From the NCBI RefSeq assembly GCF_046119375.1, contig NW_027362797.1:12400001-12464000 (forward strand): a stretch of DNA of 64,000 bases, in the 5' to 3' direction. This stretch comes from Phyllobates terribilis (lineage: Eukaryota). The translations under genes and the position numbers were made by a program. Below the pieces are notes generated by a model. The model was not told the DNA's origin, did no database searches, and was given only the letters and a program-made list of their open reading frames with translations. This document shows, one piece after another, positions 1-13,443 of this stretch (positions within the stretch are counted from its first letter, which is position 1; the number at the start of each line of letters is the position of its first letter).

Positions 1-620
1 TCCTGCTATGTACACCCCCATCCTGCTGTGTGCACCCCCATCCTGGTATGTGCTACCCCATCCTGCTCCCCCATCCTGTTATGTGCTGCCCCCATCCTGC
101 TACCCCATCTTGCTATGTGCGCCCCATCCTGATCCCCTATCCTGTTTTGTGCATCCCCATCCTGCAACCTCATCCTGTTTTGTGCTGCCCCATGCTGTTT
201 GTTTTGTGCTGCCCCCATCCTGCTATGTGTGCCCCCATCCTGTTATGTGCACCCCCATCCTGCGCCCCATCCTGTTTTGTGCGCCTCATCCTGTTTTGGG
301 CTCCCTCATCCTGTTTTGTACGCCCCCATCCTGCTCCCCATTATGTTTTGTGCACCCCTATCCTGTTACTCCATTAAATTTTGTGCACCCCCATCCTGTT
401 TTGTGCGCCTTCATCCTGCTCCCCCATCCTATTTTGTGCGCCTTCATCCTGCTCCCCCATCCTGATTGTTTTGTGCTGCCCCCCCCCTGTTTGTGTTGTG
501 CTACCCCCTTCCTGTTTGTCTTGTGTTTCCCCAACCCTGTTTGTGTTGTGCTGCTCCCATCCTGTTTGTGTTGTGCTGCCCTTATCCTGTTTATTTTGTG
601 CTGCCCCCATCCTGTATCAC
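1..620. repeat. Degenerate ~20-bp minisatellite (gccccatcctgttttgtgc-like), cut by the window edge
   Basis: Tandem reiteration of ccccatcctg + (t)tttgtgc/tg. The Cys/Pro-rich ORFs here are translations of the repeat. Confidence 0.9.
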
Positions 621-686
621 TTAAAAAAAACACTCCTACTCACCTTTCCATCGCTCCCCTGCAGCGTGTCGCATGTGTTATTTTAT

Positions 687-985
687 TAAAATGGCGCCAG
701 AATCAGCACCTGCATAGCGCGATATCTGGCGCCATTTTAGTGAAGACACATTTACAGAGTGTATATAGAAAATGGCGCCGGAGTTCGCGCCTGCGCATAC
801 CGCACTGTCTGGCGCCATTTTGTTGAAGACTCACTGCAAATGTGCCGCTGGAGATCGCGGTATGCATTCAGTGCCTACGCATACTGCGATCTCCGGCACC
901 ACGCTCCTCTTACTTGTCACCTATAACAGCTGAATGCGTTCTTCTGTCTGGGGCCAGACTGTGCAGGCGCATTGCGCCTGTGCAG
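687..985. repeat. Cluster of short GC-rich hairpins, probably the interior of a non-autonomous DNA transposon
   Basis: Perfect 15-bp inverted repeat taaaatggcgccaga (687-701) / tctggcgccatttta (725-739). A second copy lies at 769-821, and both are followed by tgaagac. Further hairpins at ~845-900 and 961-985. Confidence 0.7.
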
Positions 986-1588
986 TCTATACATGCTTCA
1001 GACGACACATCTCCCGTTATATTATAGATGCCCAATGTAAGTCAACGGGAAACTCAAGCATTTTTCTGGAGATCACCCCCCTCCCCTCAGAGGTCTGCAG
1101 GGGGCCTACAAATTACCAAAATCGATGGGAACGGTGCTCAAATGACATGGGAACAGCATGGGGAAGACCCCTGGAAGCATCTCTGACTCCCAGGTCACTG
1201 CTGTCAACAATGTTGTCAGATTATTATGCCACTTTTACGGACTCACAATAAAACATTCAAAAACTAAACAAAAACAGATTTTCCTGGAAAAAATGTTAAG
1301 GAACATTTTTTCCTGGGTAATGATTTGTATATAAGGCAAATAAATAACCAAAAATGCTCCTCCACACCTTGGGCTATATTCACACGTAAAGTTTTTGATG
1401 CATTTTTGCACTTTTGCATTGCGTTCAACAGTGAAAAATACATTCACCAGTAAATGTAATTTTATCATTTTACTACCTTATCTGCCCATGTGGTGTATGA
1501 GACATAGAATCATAGAATCATAGAATGGTAGAGTTGGAGGGGACCTCCTGGGTCATCTGGTCCAACCCCCTGCTCAAAGCAGGATTCA

Positions 1589-4381
1589 CTAAATCATCTC
1601 AGACAGATTTCTGTCCAGCCTCTGTTTGAAGACGTCCATTGAAGGGGAACTCACCACCTCTCGTGGCAGCCTGTTCCACTCATTAATCACCCTAACTGTC
1701 AAAAAGTTTTTTCTAATATCTAATCTGTGTCTCCTCCCATTTAGTTTCATCCCATTGCTTCTAGTCTTTCCTTGTGCAAATGAGAATAAAGATGATCCTT
1801 CTACAATGTGACAGCCCTTGACATATTTGTAGACAGCTATTAAGTCTCCTCTCAGTCTTCTTTTTTGCAAGCTAAACATTCCCAAATCCTGCAACCGTTC
1901 CTCATAGGACATGGTTTGCAGACCAGTCACCATTCTGGTCGCTCTTCTCTGAACTTGTAGTTAGTTTGTCTATGTCTTTTTTAAAATGTGGTGCCCAAAA
2001 CTGTACACAGTATTCCAGATGAGGTCTGACCAAAGAGGAGTAAAGACCGATAATGACTTCACGTGATCTAGACTGTATGCTTCTGTTAATACATCCCAGA
2101 ATTGTATTTGCCTTTTTTGCTGCTGCATCACACTGTTGACTCATGTTCAGTCTATGATCTATTAGTATACCTAAGTCTTTTTCACATGTGCTCTTGCTTA
2201 GCTCTATTCCTCCTATTCTGTATATGCTTTTTTCATTTTTATTGCCCAGATGTAGTACTTTGCATTTTTCCTTGTTAAAAACCATTCTGTTGGTTGCTAC
2301 CCACTGCTCCAGTTTATTTAGGTCTTTTTGAATCCTCTCTCTCTCTCTTCTCTAGTATTAGCTATCCCTCCTAGCTTTGTGTCATCAGCAAATTTAATCA
2401 GTTTACCCTCAATTCCTTCATCTAAATCATTGATAAAGATGTTGAACAATACAGGTCCCAGGACGGAGCCCTGTGGTACCCCACTTGAGACATTCATCCA
2501 GCTGGATGTGAAGCCATTTACAACCACCCTTTGAGTCCGATCACTAAGCCAGTTATGAATCCACCTAACAGTTGCCTGGTCCATTGCATACTTGGTCATT
2601 TTTTCAATAAGGATGGTGTGAGATACTTTGTCAAATGCTTTGCTGAAGTCAAGATATACTATATCTACAGCATTTCCCTGATCCACCCAGTCAGTGATTC
2701 TGTCATAGAAGGAAATTAAGTTAGTCTGACATGACTTGTTAGTTACAAACCCATGCTGACTCTGGTTAATCACTTCATTCTTATCCAGGTACTTACATAC
2801 ATGTTGTTTAATAATTTGTTCAAAGATCTTTCCTGGTATAGAAGTCAGACTCACCGGCCTATAGTTCCCTGGGTCCACCTTCTTCCCCTTTTTGAAGATA
2901 GGAACAACATTTGCTCTTCTCCAGTCTTCTGGGACTTCTCCTGTTCTCCAAGAATTTTCAAAGATTATGGTGAGTGGTTCTAAAATTTCTTCTACGATCT
3001 CCTTCAGTTCTCTGGGGTGTAATTCATCTGGACCTGGAGACTTGAACTCATTTTTGTTAGCTAAATATTCCCTCACAATCTTTCTGTTTACAGATAACTT
3101 GGATTCCTCTATTCCTTTAAAAGGACAGTGAAGATCAGTTGATGTTACATTTTCTTTCTGAGAGTAAACAGATGCAAAATAGGAATTAAAAAGTTCGGCC
3201 TTCTCAACATCCTCTCTTACCATTTCTCCATTTTCATCCTGTAAAAATCCTATAGCATCTTTGACTTTTCTTTTACTTTTGACATACCCCCAAAATCCTT
3301 TTTTATTGCTTTTGACATCTCTTGCAAGCCTTAATTCATTGTCAGCTTTAGCTAACCTGATACGTGCCCTACAGGATCTGCAGACTGCATTATAATCTTC
3401 TTTAGATATGCCTCCCTCTTTCCATTTAATAAACATTTCTTTCTTTCTTTTTAGCATGTGTTTAAGTTCTGTGTTCATCCATCCTGGTTTCCTTAAATGC
3501 TTCCCATTCTTCCTACTTTTCGGGATTGTTAACGATTGTGCTTTGAGAATCTCATTTTTAAAAATTTCCCATCCTTCCTGGACATTTTTGTCCTTAAGGA
3601 CATCCAGCCATTGGATCCCTCCTATTCTCTTTCTGAGTCTCTTAAAATCTGCCTTTCTAAAATCTAACCTTGAAGTTTGAGTCTTCACATGTCTTCCTCC
3701 TGTAGTTATCCAAAATTCTATAATAGCATGATCGCTGCCTCCTAGGGTCCCAGCCACCTTTACCTCCTCAACCATTTCCTCCCTGTTTATAAGGATTAGA
3801 TCCAAAGTAGCAGATCCCCTTGTTTTCTCCCCTACCTTTTGGAAGATAAAGTTGTCAGCAAGAGAGGATAAGAATTTGCTTGACCTGTTAGTTTTACTTG
3901 AGAGAGATTCCCAACAAATGTCTGGATAGTTGAAATCTCCCATGACCACTACGTCATATTTTTTGGAGAACTTGGTCATTTGATACATAAAGAGTTCATC
4001 CATATCTTCAGCTTGCCCAGGTGGCCTGTAGTAAATGCCTACAATGGTGTCCTTTCCGTTGTTCTCTCCTTGTATTCTTACCCAAACAGTTTCCACAGAA
4101 CTCCCAGTCTCTGAAGCTTCAATCTCTGTGCAGATATACGCTTTTCTAACATACAATGCGACACCTCCTCCTCGTTTATCAAGTCTGTTTCTTGCAAATA
4201 AGTTGTATCCTTTTAGCCTTTTATTCCAATCATGTGTATCATCCCACCAAGTTTCAGTGATTCCAATGACATCATATTCCTTTTCCTGCATTAGTAGTTC
4301 CAATTCTCCTTGTTTGTTGCCCATGCTTTGTGCATTTGTATAAAAAAATTTTAGTTTGTGATTGGTTTCTCTTCCTCCCAT
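1589..4381 (-). pseudogene. CR1 ORF2 (endonuclease-reverse transcriptase), two frameshifts
   Basis: 687-aa ORF with [33 protein letters not shown] and FADD. It continues in ORFs 1902-2285 and 1589-1933 after frameshifts at the (GA)n near 2335-2345 and near 1950. Confidence 0.93.
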
Positions 4382-4503
4382 ATTTTTATTATTTAAATTG
4401 TTTTGTCTTTGTTCTTCCTTCCCACTTCCAGTAGCAGAGATCTCAATAGTATTTGTCAGCTGTATGGCTTTTTCTGGCCTTTTGCTTCCCTTCCCACATT
4501 GTT

Positions 4504-5465
4504 CTAGTTTAAAGCTCTCCTGATGAGTGTAGCAAGGCGACTTCCAAATACACGTTTTCCAGTCTTCGTAAGGTGCACCCCATCTCTAGCAAGTAGTCCA
4601 TCGTATAGGTAATTCATTCCGTGATCCAGAAATCCAAATCCTTGTTGACGGCACCATCGACGTAGCCAGTTGTTCACCTGTAGAATCTTATTCCACCTCA
4701 TTGTTCCATGGCCATCCACTGGGAGGATGGATGAGAAGACCACCTGCGCTCCCAATTCTTTCACTTTCTTGCCTAAGTCTTCAAAGTCACTGCAGATGGT
4801 TTCCAGGTCCTTTCTTGCGGTGTCATTTGTCCCCACATGTATTAGCAGGAATGGGTAGTGATCTGTAGGTCTGAAGAGTCTTGATATCCTGTCAGACACA
4901 TCTTTAATTTTTGCTCCTGGAAGACAGCACATTTCTCTTGAGGTTATGTCTGGTCTGCAGATAGCGGCCTCTGTTCCTCTTAGCCGGGAATCCCCCATGA
5001 CCACCACTCTCCGTTTTTTCTTCACAACATTCTTCTTTCTCCATCCAGGAGGATTCTGAGGGCTTACAAGGTTATTCATTGCTGGCAAAGTCTTATTTTG
5101 CTGTATTTCTTCATGGTTCTCCTGCGTGAGAGCCGGGTACTGGTTCCTGAGCAGGATGGGTGCTGACTGCCTCTCGATCCTCCTGCTTCTGTGGGTCACA
5201 TGCTTCCATTCCTCTGTTTCATCAGGTGCAGTTCGAATTTCTTCTCTTTCTGAATCATGAAGAGATAATTCTGCTCTGTCTAAGAACTCTTCACCTTCCT
5301 TAATGATTTTCAAGGTAGTTAACCTCTCTTCTAGATTTCGCAACTTTTCCTCCAACAGGGACACAAGCTTGCATTTCTGCATGTGAAGTTTGGCTTTTCC
5401 ACTGGCAAGTCTGTGAACATGTAGCAGGATATGCAGCTCACCAAATGGCTCCTGGACTCTTCCAT
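4504..5465 (-). pseudogene. CR1 ORF1 (N-terminal Cys zinc finger + SGNH-type esterase), one frameshift
   Basis: ATG at 5465 gives MEESRSHLVSCISCYMF...C, then a frameshift near 5380 into the ORF with GDS, HVGTND and DGVHL esterase motifs. Confidence 0.88.
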
Positions 5466-5949
5466 GTTCTTACTGTTAATGTTCTGAAAACAGTGAAAAA
5501 AGCTTCAAAATGCCGGCGCGCGGTTTACCGATGTACTGTTTTCAGCTCCAACAGCCAAAATCCAGTGTTCTTTGAGCTCGCGGAGACTCTTCACTTACCC
5601 CAAAATGCAGTGAGAATATGCAAATTATCTCCTCAGGACTCCTCCCCTGGTTTACCGATGTCCTCTTTTCAGCTCCAACAGCCAAAATCCAGTGTTCTTT
5701 GAGCTCGCGGAGACTCTTCACTTACCCCAAAATGCAGTGGGAATATGCAAATTATCTCCTCAGGACTCCTCCCCTGGACTCCTCAGGACTCCTCCCATGA
5801 TCAGATACATCCTGTTTCATTTATAAAGAAGGGACTTTGAAAGTCACAAAGCCTATTTTTACAGGGCCATCAGGCAGCCCTTACTATTGTTAAAGGGCCA
5901 ACAGTCGGCCCTCACTATTATTAGAGGGCAATCAGCCGGCTATGCTTTG

Positions 5950-6660
5950 TTGTTCCCATTATTAAACAGTGGGTCTCCTATACTGTTATTGCGTATGCAG
6001 TGACTGCAAGGGCTGCCAAAAATTTGGATGCACCCCAATACCCCTTTGAAGAGATGTAGAGGAGGGCATCCTTAAAAAAAATGTTCCCATTATTAAGGAG
6101 TGGGTCTTCTATTGTGGTAATGCCAATGCAGTTACTGCAAGGGCTGCCAAAAAATTGGACGCACTACAATACTTCTTTGAAGAGATGTAGAGGAGGGCCT
6201 CAGTAAAAAAAATGTTCCCTTTATAAAGTTGTGGGTCTCCTATACTGTGATTGCACATGCAGTGACTGCAATGGCTACCAAATATTTGTATGCATTACAA
6301 TACCCCTTTGAAGAGACATAGAGGAGGGCCTCAGTAAAAAAAAATTGTTCCCATTATAAAGGAGTGGGTCTCCTATACTGTGATTGCACATGCAGTGACT
6401 GCAATGGCTGCCAAAACTTTGAATGCACTCCATTACCCCCTTGAAGAGATGTAGAGGAGGGCCTCATTAAAAAAAATTGTTCCCACTATTAAGGAGTGGG
6501 TATCCTATAGTGGTAATGCCCATGCAGTGACTGCAAGGGCTGCCAAAAATTGGACTCACTGCAATACTCTTTGAAGAGACGTAGAGGAGGTCCTCATTAA
6601 AAAAATTGTTACATTGTTAAGCAGTATGTCTCTTATACTGGTAATGCCCATGCACTAAGT
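5950..6660. repeat. About six diverged ~120-bp tandem repeats (hAT subterminal array)
   Basis: The unit gcagtgactgcaagggctgccaaaa...gaagagatgtagaggagggcctc...gggtctcctatactg recurs at ~120-bp spacing. Confidence 0.85.
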
Positions 6661-8987
6661 GCATGGGATGAAAAATATTTACCCCTGGGGAGTATACAGG
6701 AACATACTGTATAACATACAGAATGTTAGAGGTAGGCCTTTCAAAAAATTTCCTATGGGCATCATAAACACCCTTAAAAAAATGATGTGGGTATTTCATC
6801 ACCGTGACCCTGGTGATATGGTGGTGGAGGATGAGGAGAAGGAGAAGGAGGAGGACAACAGAAAATAGACTAAATCAGGAAGCATATATGCTTGTTTGGG
6901 TGAGAAGAGGTGCATAGGAATAGACTCCCTCCCAAAAAAAAGCTACTGGATTTGACTTCATATTCCGCTGCTATTATCCGGTGGTGTTGAGGAGTCTGGC
7001 CCAATCCAGCCCTTATTTATTTTGATAAGAGTCAGCCTGTCAGGATTTTGACAGGCGGATGAGTCTATCAGTTATAATGCCCCCGGCGGCACTAAAAACC
7101 TACTCTGACAAAACGCTAGCAGCAGGGCAGGCCAGGATCTCCAAGGCGTAGAGAGTCAGTTCATGCCACGTATCTAGCTTGGATACCCAATAGTTATAAG
7201 GCACAGAGGAATCACGGAGGACGTTGGTACAGTCGGCAAGGTACTCCTTCAGCATCTTCCAAAACTTTTCCCTCTCTGTTAGAGTACCCCACGAATCAGC
7301 GCAGGGCATGTTCTGTGAAACGTGCTTGTGTAAGGTGGGGACGGTATACCAGGAGAAATAGTGGCAGCTGGGAACCAAGTACTGAGGGACAGACACCGCC
7401 ATCAGGTTGTGGAAAGATTCTGTTTCCACAAGCTTAAAAGGCAACATTTCAAGTAAAAGCATTGGAGAAATGTGGGAGTTTAGTATTGTGGCCTATGGGG
7501 CATTGGCTGCGTATTTGCACGTTCATTCAAAGGACTGGGGTAAGGGACAACTGAACGCTGCACTGGGACAAGGACGTGGACGGTGATGGTTGCAAGTGTG
7601 CGATAACATGTGCAGGGTGGGGGCATCTTTGCCTACGCCATGGACAGAGGATTGGCGTGCACACACAACAGTGGAACGGGTAGTAGTGTCTCCTACAGAA
7701 AAAGTTTCTGGACCCTGTCATTCGGCCTAACTAGTCGGGTGCATTGCTGTCATGTGCCTGAGCATGCTGGTGGTGGTCAGGCTTGTAGTTTTGCTGCTCC
7801 TGCTGATGCTGGCATGGCAGTGTTGCAAATGGCCTTTTTGGGGTTCTAGACAGTCTTTAAAAAAGAGCCAGACTCTGGAAGAGCTAACAGTTGGACTGGC
7901 AACTTCCCTTGTGTTGATGTTCAGGGGAACAGTTGCCCACCTTGTATCTGTGGCCACCCCACTACTTGTTCCTGCCTGTTGTGGTGCTACAACTTCCTCT
8001 CTGGTGCTAGGAGGACGTGTGTGCCGTCTCTCTGAAGTCGACTCAATCTAAGCTACTTTCCCTGTGTCTGTCTCCCCTTGCTGTCTTTAGCTGTCATGGG
8101 GGGTCCCCCCTTCCCTATCCAGGGCCTAGTACTAGGGAAATACAGGGATAGGTTCCTGTGTGGTGATTGGTGAGGAACCAATATAGGGAAGGTAGGGGAG
8201 ACAGGGTGATGGCAGGCCAGCCTAGGAGGTCTCCACTTCCCCCTTTCCCTAGTGTCTGGGCTCCCTTCCTCTCGTTCATTCGTGTCGCACTTTGTCTCTC
8301 CTACACTGTACGTGACACTCCCACTCTTTCTGTGCTGCTGTCCTCGCTAAACATGTCACCTTGCCAGGTTGGGTCAGTGAATTCATCGTCCACCACCTCG
8401 TCTTCCATGTACGCACACTGGGCCTCCTCCTGACTTGCTTGCAATTGTGTCTCATCATCATCATCCACCTCCTGCGACAGTTTCTCACCATTGCCTTCAT
8501 GTGATTGTGGCTGCTCAGATATTTTGGCACCGCTACATGCGATCTCCTCTTGCCTCGGGCCATGCGAGAGGCACAAATCTATAAATGAAAAAGTGAACAG
8601 CTCTTCGGAGTGTCCAAGTGTGGGATCATTTGTCTCTGGGCACTCGGCATGGTGGGAGGAAGGAGGATCATAATGAGGAATATGTGGTCCAGACTCACGG
8701 CTACTGAGACTTTTTTTTTTTTTAAATCAAATAAATTTTTATTAAACATATTCTGATCATACAATATTTCTCAAAGCATTAAATTGTGAAAGAAAACATA
8801 ACATACCCAAACATCCCTTCAATTCCCCCCCCCCTCCCACCCATTCCGACAGCATTCCCCTCCCCTATGTTATATCTTAAGAAACAAAGACAAAAAAACT
8901 CATATTAACCAATTATGGTAGAAAACCAGAGGTGCATTATACAAATATTAGTTTATACTATATGATACATGTTTGAAATCAGTGCTC

Positions 8988-11800
8988 TCACATTCCCTTA
9001 TATTGTATCCAAGGCTCCCATATCTTTCCAAATATATTCTGTTTCCCTCTTTTTTCATATATACCTCTTTCCATCTGTATAATGTATTCTACTTGTTTAG
9101 AATATTCTTCCCCCGAGGGGGGGTCAACTCCAGTCCAATTTCTTGCTATTACTTTCCTAGCACAGTAAAGTAGTCTAGCAATGGTTATTTTAATATTTTT
9201 ATCAGCTAAGATTTCTTCCACATAGCCCAACAAGCATGTAATAGGATCACCAGAGACACCGCATCTATACGCCCCTTCAATCGTAGCAACAACCCCAGAC
9301 CAAAACCTTAATAGCCTAGGGCATTCCCGCATCATGTGAAATATGCCCGCCTCCCCTTTTCCACATCTTGGGCACTCTGAGTTAACCCTCAGCCCCATTT
9401 TGTGCATAATTACCGGAGACCTATAAACTCTGTGAATTACATAAATGTGTGACAGTCTTGCAGGTTCGCTCATAGAAAGCTTAGGTATATACTCCAGGAT
9501 GTTTTCCCAAATATCTTCTCTTATGAATCCCACTTCCTCTTCCCATTTACTTTTAGATCTCAATGGAAACTCCAGGAGAAATGTATGCATCAAGTCTCTA
9601 TACGTGCTCGAGATTACTCCCCTGGTACCCCCCTCCTAACAAATCTACTCCAGTACTAGATCTGCTTCCACTACCAGTCGTTGTTTGGTTCTTTGGGATT
9701 TAATTGCATGATTAACCTGCCCATAGTGATACCATTCTGTATTTGGCAGCAAGAATTCTTTCTGCAACTGCGAGAAAGGTTTAAGACTTTCCCCCTCCAT
9801 TATTTGATACATATAATTAATTCCTCTACCTGTCCATTCTCTTATATTACCAATCTTTTGTATCTCTGGGAGATTATTATTATTCCATATAGGTGTAAAC
9901 TTGGTTAGTCCCCTTACTCCCCTTACCTTCTTTACTGTGTTCCAGGTTTTATGTATAAGATCTATTGTAGGCATTTTTTCCCCCAACCTATTCATGTCTC
10001 CTCCCTCCAGGCCCTCAAGTATCTGTCTTTTCCCAATGGAATACTCCAATATTGTTTTAATAGATCCGCCAGACCCGGAGCATGACCACCCTTTAAAATG
10101 CTGACTCTGAGCTGCCAGAAAATATATTTCCAGGTTTGGCGGCGCCAATCCGCCCTCATCTTTGGGTCTTTGGAGAACTTCTTGCCTTATTCTTGCCTGC
10201 TTCTTCCCCCATACCAGAGCTCTGATCATCACATTTAAGGACTTAAATCTCTATTTAGATATCCACATAGGAGCGTTATGTAAGACATACGACAACTTGG
10301 GCATCAAGATCATTTTAAAAATGTTTATTCTCCCCATCACTGTTATATGTAGTTTAGTCCATATATCTATTTTAGTTTTCACGTTTTGAAGTAATGGTGA
10401 TAAATCGATATTAAGGTAGTCTGTTACTGGTAAAGATACTTGTATTCCCAAATATTTAAATACTTTTTTACACTGCAAGTTATTGGCTTCCTTTTCTCTA
10501 TCTGTCCATTCTACCTCTCGATCCACTTTAAACAAAACTGATTTGGACCAGTTAATCTTCAGCCCCGATATCGCCCTGAACCTCTCAATTATCTGCATGG
10601 CACAACTCAATGACTCACATGGATCACCCAAAACAATAAAAGATTGTCCGCATACAGAGCAATTTTTTCCTCTAATATTCCATACTTGAACCCTTGGACC
10701 TCCTTTGTTTCCCTGATGACTGCAGCCAAAGGTTCGATTGCTATAGCAAAGAGGAGCGGTGACAGTGGGCACCCCTGTCTGGTTCCCCTATTCAAATGGA
10801 ACGAAGGGGATATCGCTCCGTTAACTCTAATCTTAGCAGTAGGTTGGGAATACAACAATTGAACCCACTCGATAAACCTTGGTCCAAAACCGAATTTTTG
10901 CATGACTCTCCACAAATATTCCCATTGTACACTATCGAACGCCTTTTGGGCATCCAGTGAGGCGATTACTCTACGACCTGGGTTATCAGTCTGTAATTGG
11001 AGATTAAGATACAATCTTCTTATATTAACCGCACTAGATCTATTGGGCTTGAATCCCGACTGATCCGGATGTATCAAGGAGGAAATGATCCCAGTCAACC
11101 TATTAGCCAGGACTTTGGCCATGATTTTAACATCAGCTGTCAGCAAAGAGATTGGTCTATATGATTCAGGTATTCTAGGGTCCTTCCCCTCCTTAGGAAT
11201 CACCACTATCACCGCCTCCCTCATAGAAGCAGGCAGCAATCCTCCCTCATTGGCCTCTTCAAATACTTTCAATAGTTTAGGCAACAAAAGTTCTGCAAAT
11301 TGTTTATATACTTCTGACGGTAGCCCATCCATACCCGGGGCCTTCTCATTACTCATGCCATGCAGAGCAATCTCCATCTCCTCCACAGTAATGGAGGAAT
11401 CCAACCTCTCTCTGCTCTCATTGTTTAGCTTAGGGAGCGACACTAAATCAACAAAATTATCTATCTCCTCAAATGCCACTATCCCTTCCGAGGAGTAAAG
11501 TTTTTTTTATAAAAGTCTCTAAAGATTTTCAGTATCCCCTCCAGTTCTGTAACAACCCTCCCCTTATCATTTACCATTTCATGGATAAATGAACTACTCC
11601 TTTGTGCCGATGCTATAACTGATAATAGATGTCCCACCTTCTCCCCCTCAGCATAGAAACTGGCTTTCCGGAACGCCTGTATTTTTGCCATTTTATCTAT
11701 TAAAATCTTATTTATCTTAACCTGCGCATTCCTAAGGTCACGCTGGGTTTCAGGTGTATTATTATTTACTAGATGGTGGCCCGATTCTAACGCATCGGGT
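8988..11800 (-). pseudogene. L1 ORF2 remnant (linker, RT, C-terminal Cys knuckle), fragmented
   Basis: KAPGMDG, YRPISLL, RGTRQGCPLSPLLF and YADN, plus C-terminal CPRC...H...C, spread over several frames. No endonuclease motifs upstream. Confidence 0.92.
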
Positions 11801-11989
11801 ATTCTAGAATATATATGCGGCCGACCGGGCGCAATTAGCAGAGCGGTGTTTAAATTTGTCGCCAAAATCGCTGATTGGTCGCAGCCGGCAACCGCGACCA
11901 ATTAGCAAAGCGGTGTTTAAATTTGGCGGCAATATCGGTGATTGGTCGCGGGCTGATCTGACAGTTCCATGTGCAGATGTTACATAAAG

Positions 11990-13443
11990 ATTTAGCATTA
12001 ATATCAATCCATTCTGTGGCCTCCTCTGGCTTTACGAAAAAGAAAACTTTATCCATAGCTACCACTCGCAGTTTGGCAGGGAACAACATTGAGTACGTTG
12101 CACCCAGTTCTCTTAGACGTCTTTTAACTCCTCCAAATTGCATTCGCTGCTTCTGGACAGCTACCGAATAATCAGGGTATATGCAAATCCGTTGGCCATT
12201 TATTGTAATCTCATCACACTCCCTTGCTTTGCGAATAATGATGTCTCTGTCCCTATAGTGGAGTAGCTTTGCAATCATAACACGCGGTCCTTTGCCCGGG
12301 GGTTGAGGCTACATTAATACTCTGTGTGCACGCTCCACCGCGTAAAATTTAGTGAGAGAGTCCACTCCAATCTTCTCTCTCAGCCATTTCTCAACAAAAT
12401 CAGTGGGCTCTCTTCCTTCAGACTTTTCTGGAAGTCCAACTATCCTAATATTTCTTCTGGAGCGGTTCTCCAGATCATCATTTTTGGCCATAACTTCAGA
12501 AATTTGTTGTTTAAACTGTTTTTCAGACTTTGTGAGTTTATTAATCCGATCCTCAGTCTCTCCCACTCTGGTTTCCACCTCACCAGTCCTGGTATTAACC
12601 TTTTGCATATCTTTTTTAATGATAGCCACTTCAGATTGTACACCCAGGACTTGCTGTGTTAATGTAGTTAGTGCCTGTTTACAGAAAGACACCACAGCAA
12701 ACACATCCTTGATAGTGGGGTTCTCCAGTATATCACACTCCTCCTGTGTTGTCGCAGACATCATCTCCCCAACAGTATAATTACTCCCTGGGGACATTCC
12801 TCCTTCTCCCTCAGTCAGTGGCGCCATCACTTCTTCCCCGTCCACCTCCTCCCCTCTATCCGACTCCTGCTGATCGGTGCACTCCACATTGCGGGCATAT
12901 CTCTCCAGCTTCGCCGCTACACTCATGCGGCGTTGGCAGGCTGCGCTAGCTTTGGCCGCCTCCTCCCTCTTCTCAGCGCCATCTTGGAAGCTGCTTCCTT
13001 CTCCCCAGACCGCATCTTTCTGTCTCCGGCATGTCATACCAGCTCACCTCCACACGCCGCTGTGTTAATGTAGTTAGTGCCTGTTTACAGAAAGACACCA
13101 CAGCAAACACATCCTTGATAGTGGGGTTCTCCAGTATATCACACTCCTCCTGTGTTGTCGCAGACATCATCTCCCCAACAGTATAATTACTCCCTGGGGA
13201 CATTCCTCCTTCTCCCTCAGTCAGTGGCGCCATCACTTCTTCCCCGTCCACCTCCTCCCCTCTATCCGACTCCTGCTGATCGGTGCACTCCACATTGCGG
13301 GCATATCTCTCCAGCTTCGCCGCTACACTCATGCGGCGTTGGCAGGCTGCGCTAGCTTTGGCCGCCTCCTCCCTCTTCTCAGCGCCATCTTGGAAGCTGC
13401 TTCCTTCTCCCCAGACCGCATCTTTCTGTCTCCGGCATGTCAT
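11990..13443 (-). pseudogene. L1 ORF1 (coiled coil-RRM-CTD); 5' part tandemly duplicated, one internal stop
   Basis: Motifs NRSRRNIRIVGLPE, VERAHR, IYPDYS and LFPAKLRV. 406-bp tandem duplication at 12655-13060 / 13061-13466. Stop codon at 12309. Confidence 0.9.

Larger units (their letters stand above)
1503..5800 (-). mobile_element. Near-full-length CR1 LINE
   Basis: 3' tail (ATTCTATG)n at 1503-1526, the CR1-type octamer tail. ORF2 has APE endonuclease + RT and ORF1 has a zinc finger + esterase. The 5' UTR carries a 127-bp tandem duplication (5524-5650 / 5651-5777). Confidence 0.95.

Noticed and set aside
8-826. Cys/Pro-rich ORFs resembling keratin-associated or metallothionein proteins
   Set aside because: They are translations of a ~20-bp minisatellite that is open in several frames on both strands, with no splice or domain support.
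8055-8290. ~200-bp segment interrupting the hAT transposase, possibly an LTR fragment
   Set aside because: I could not define termini or a TSD, so it is not reported as a feature.
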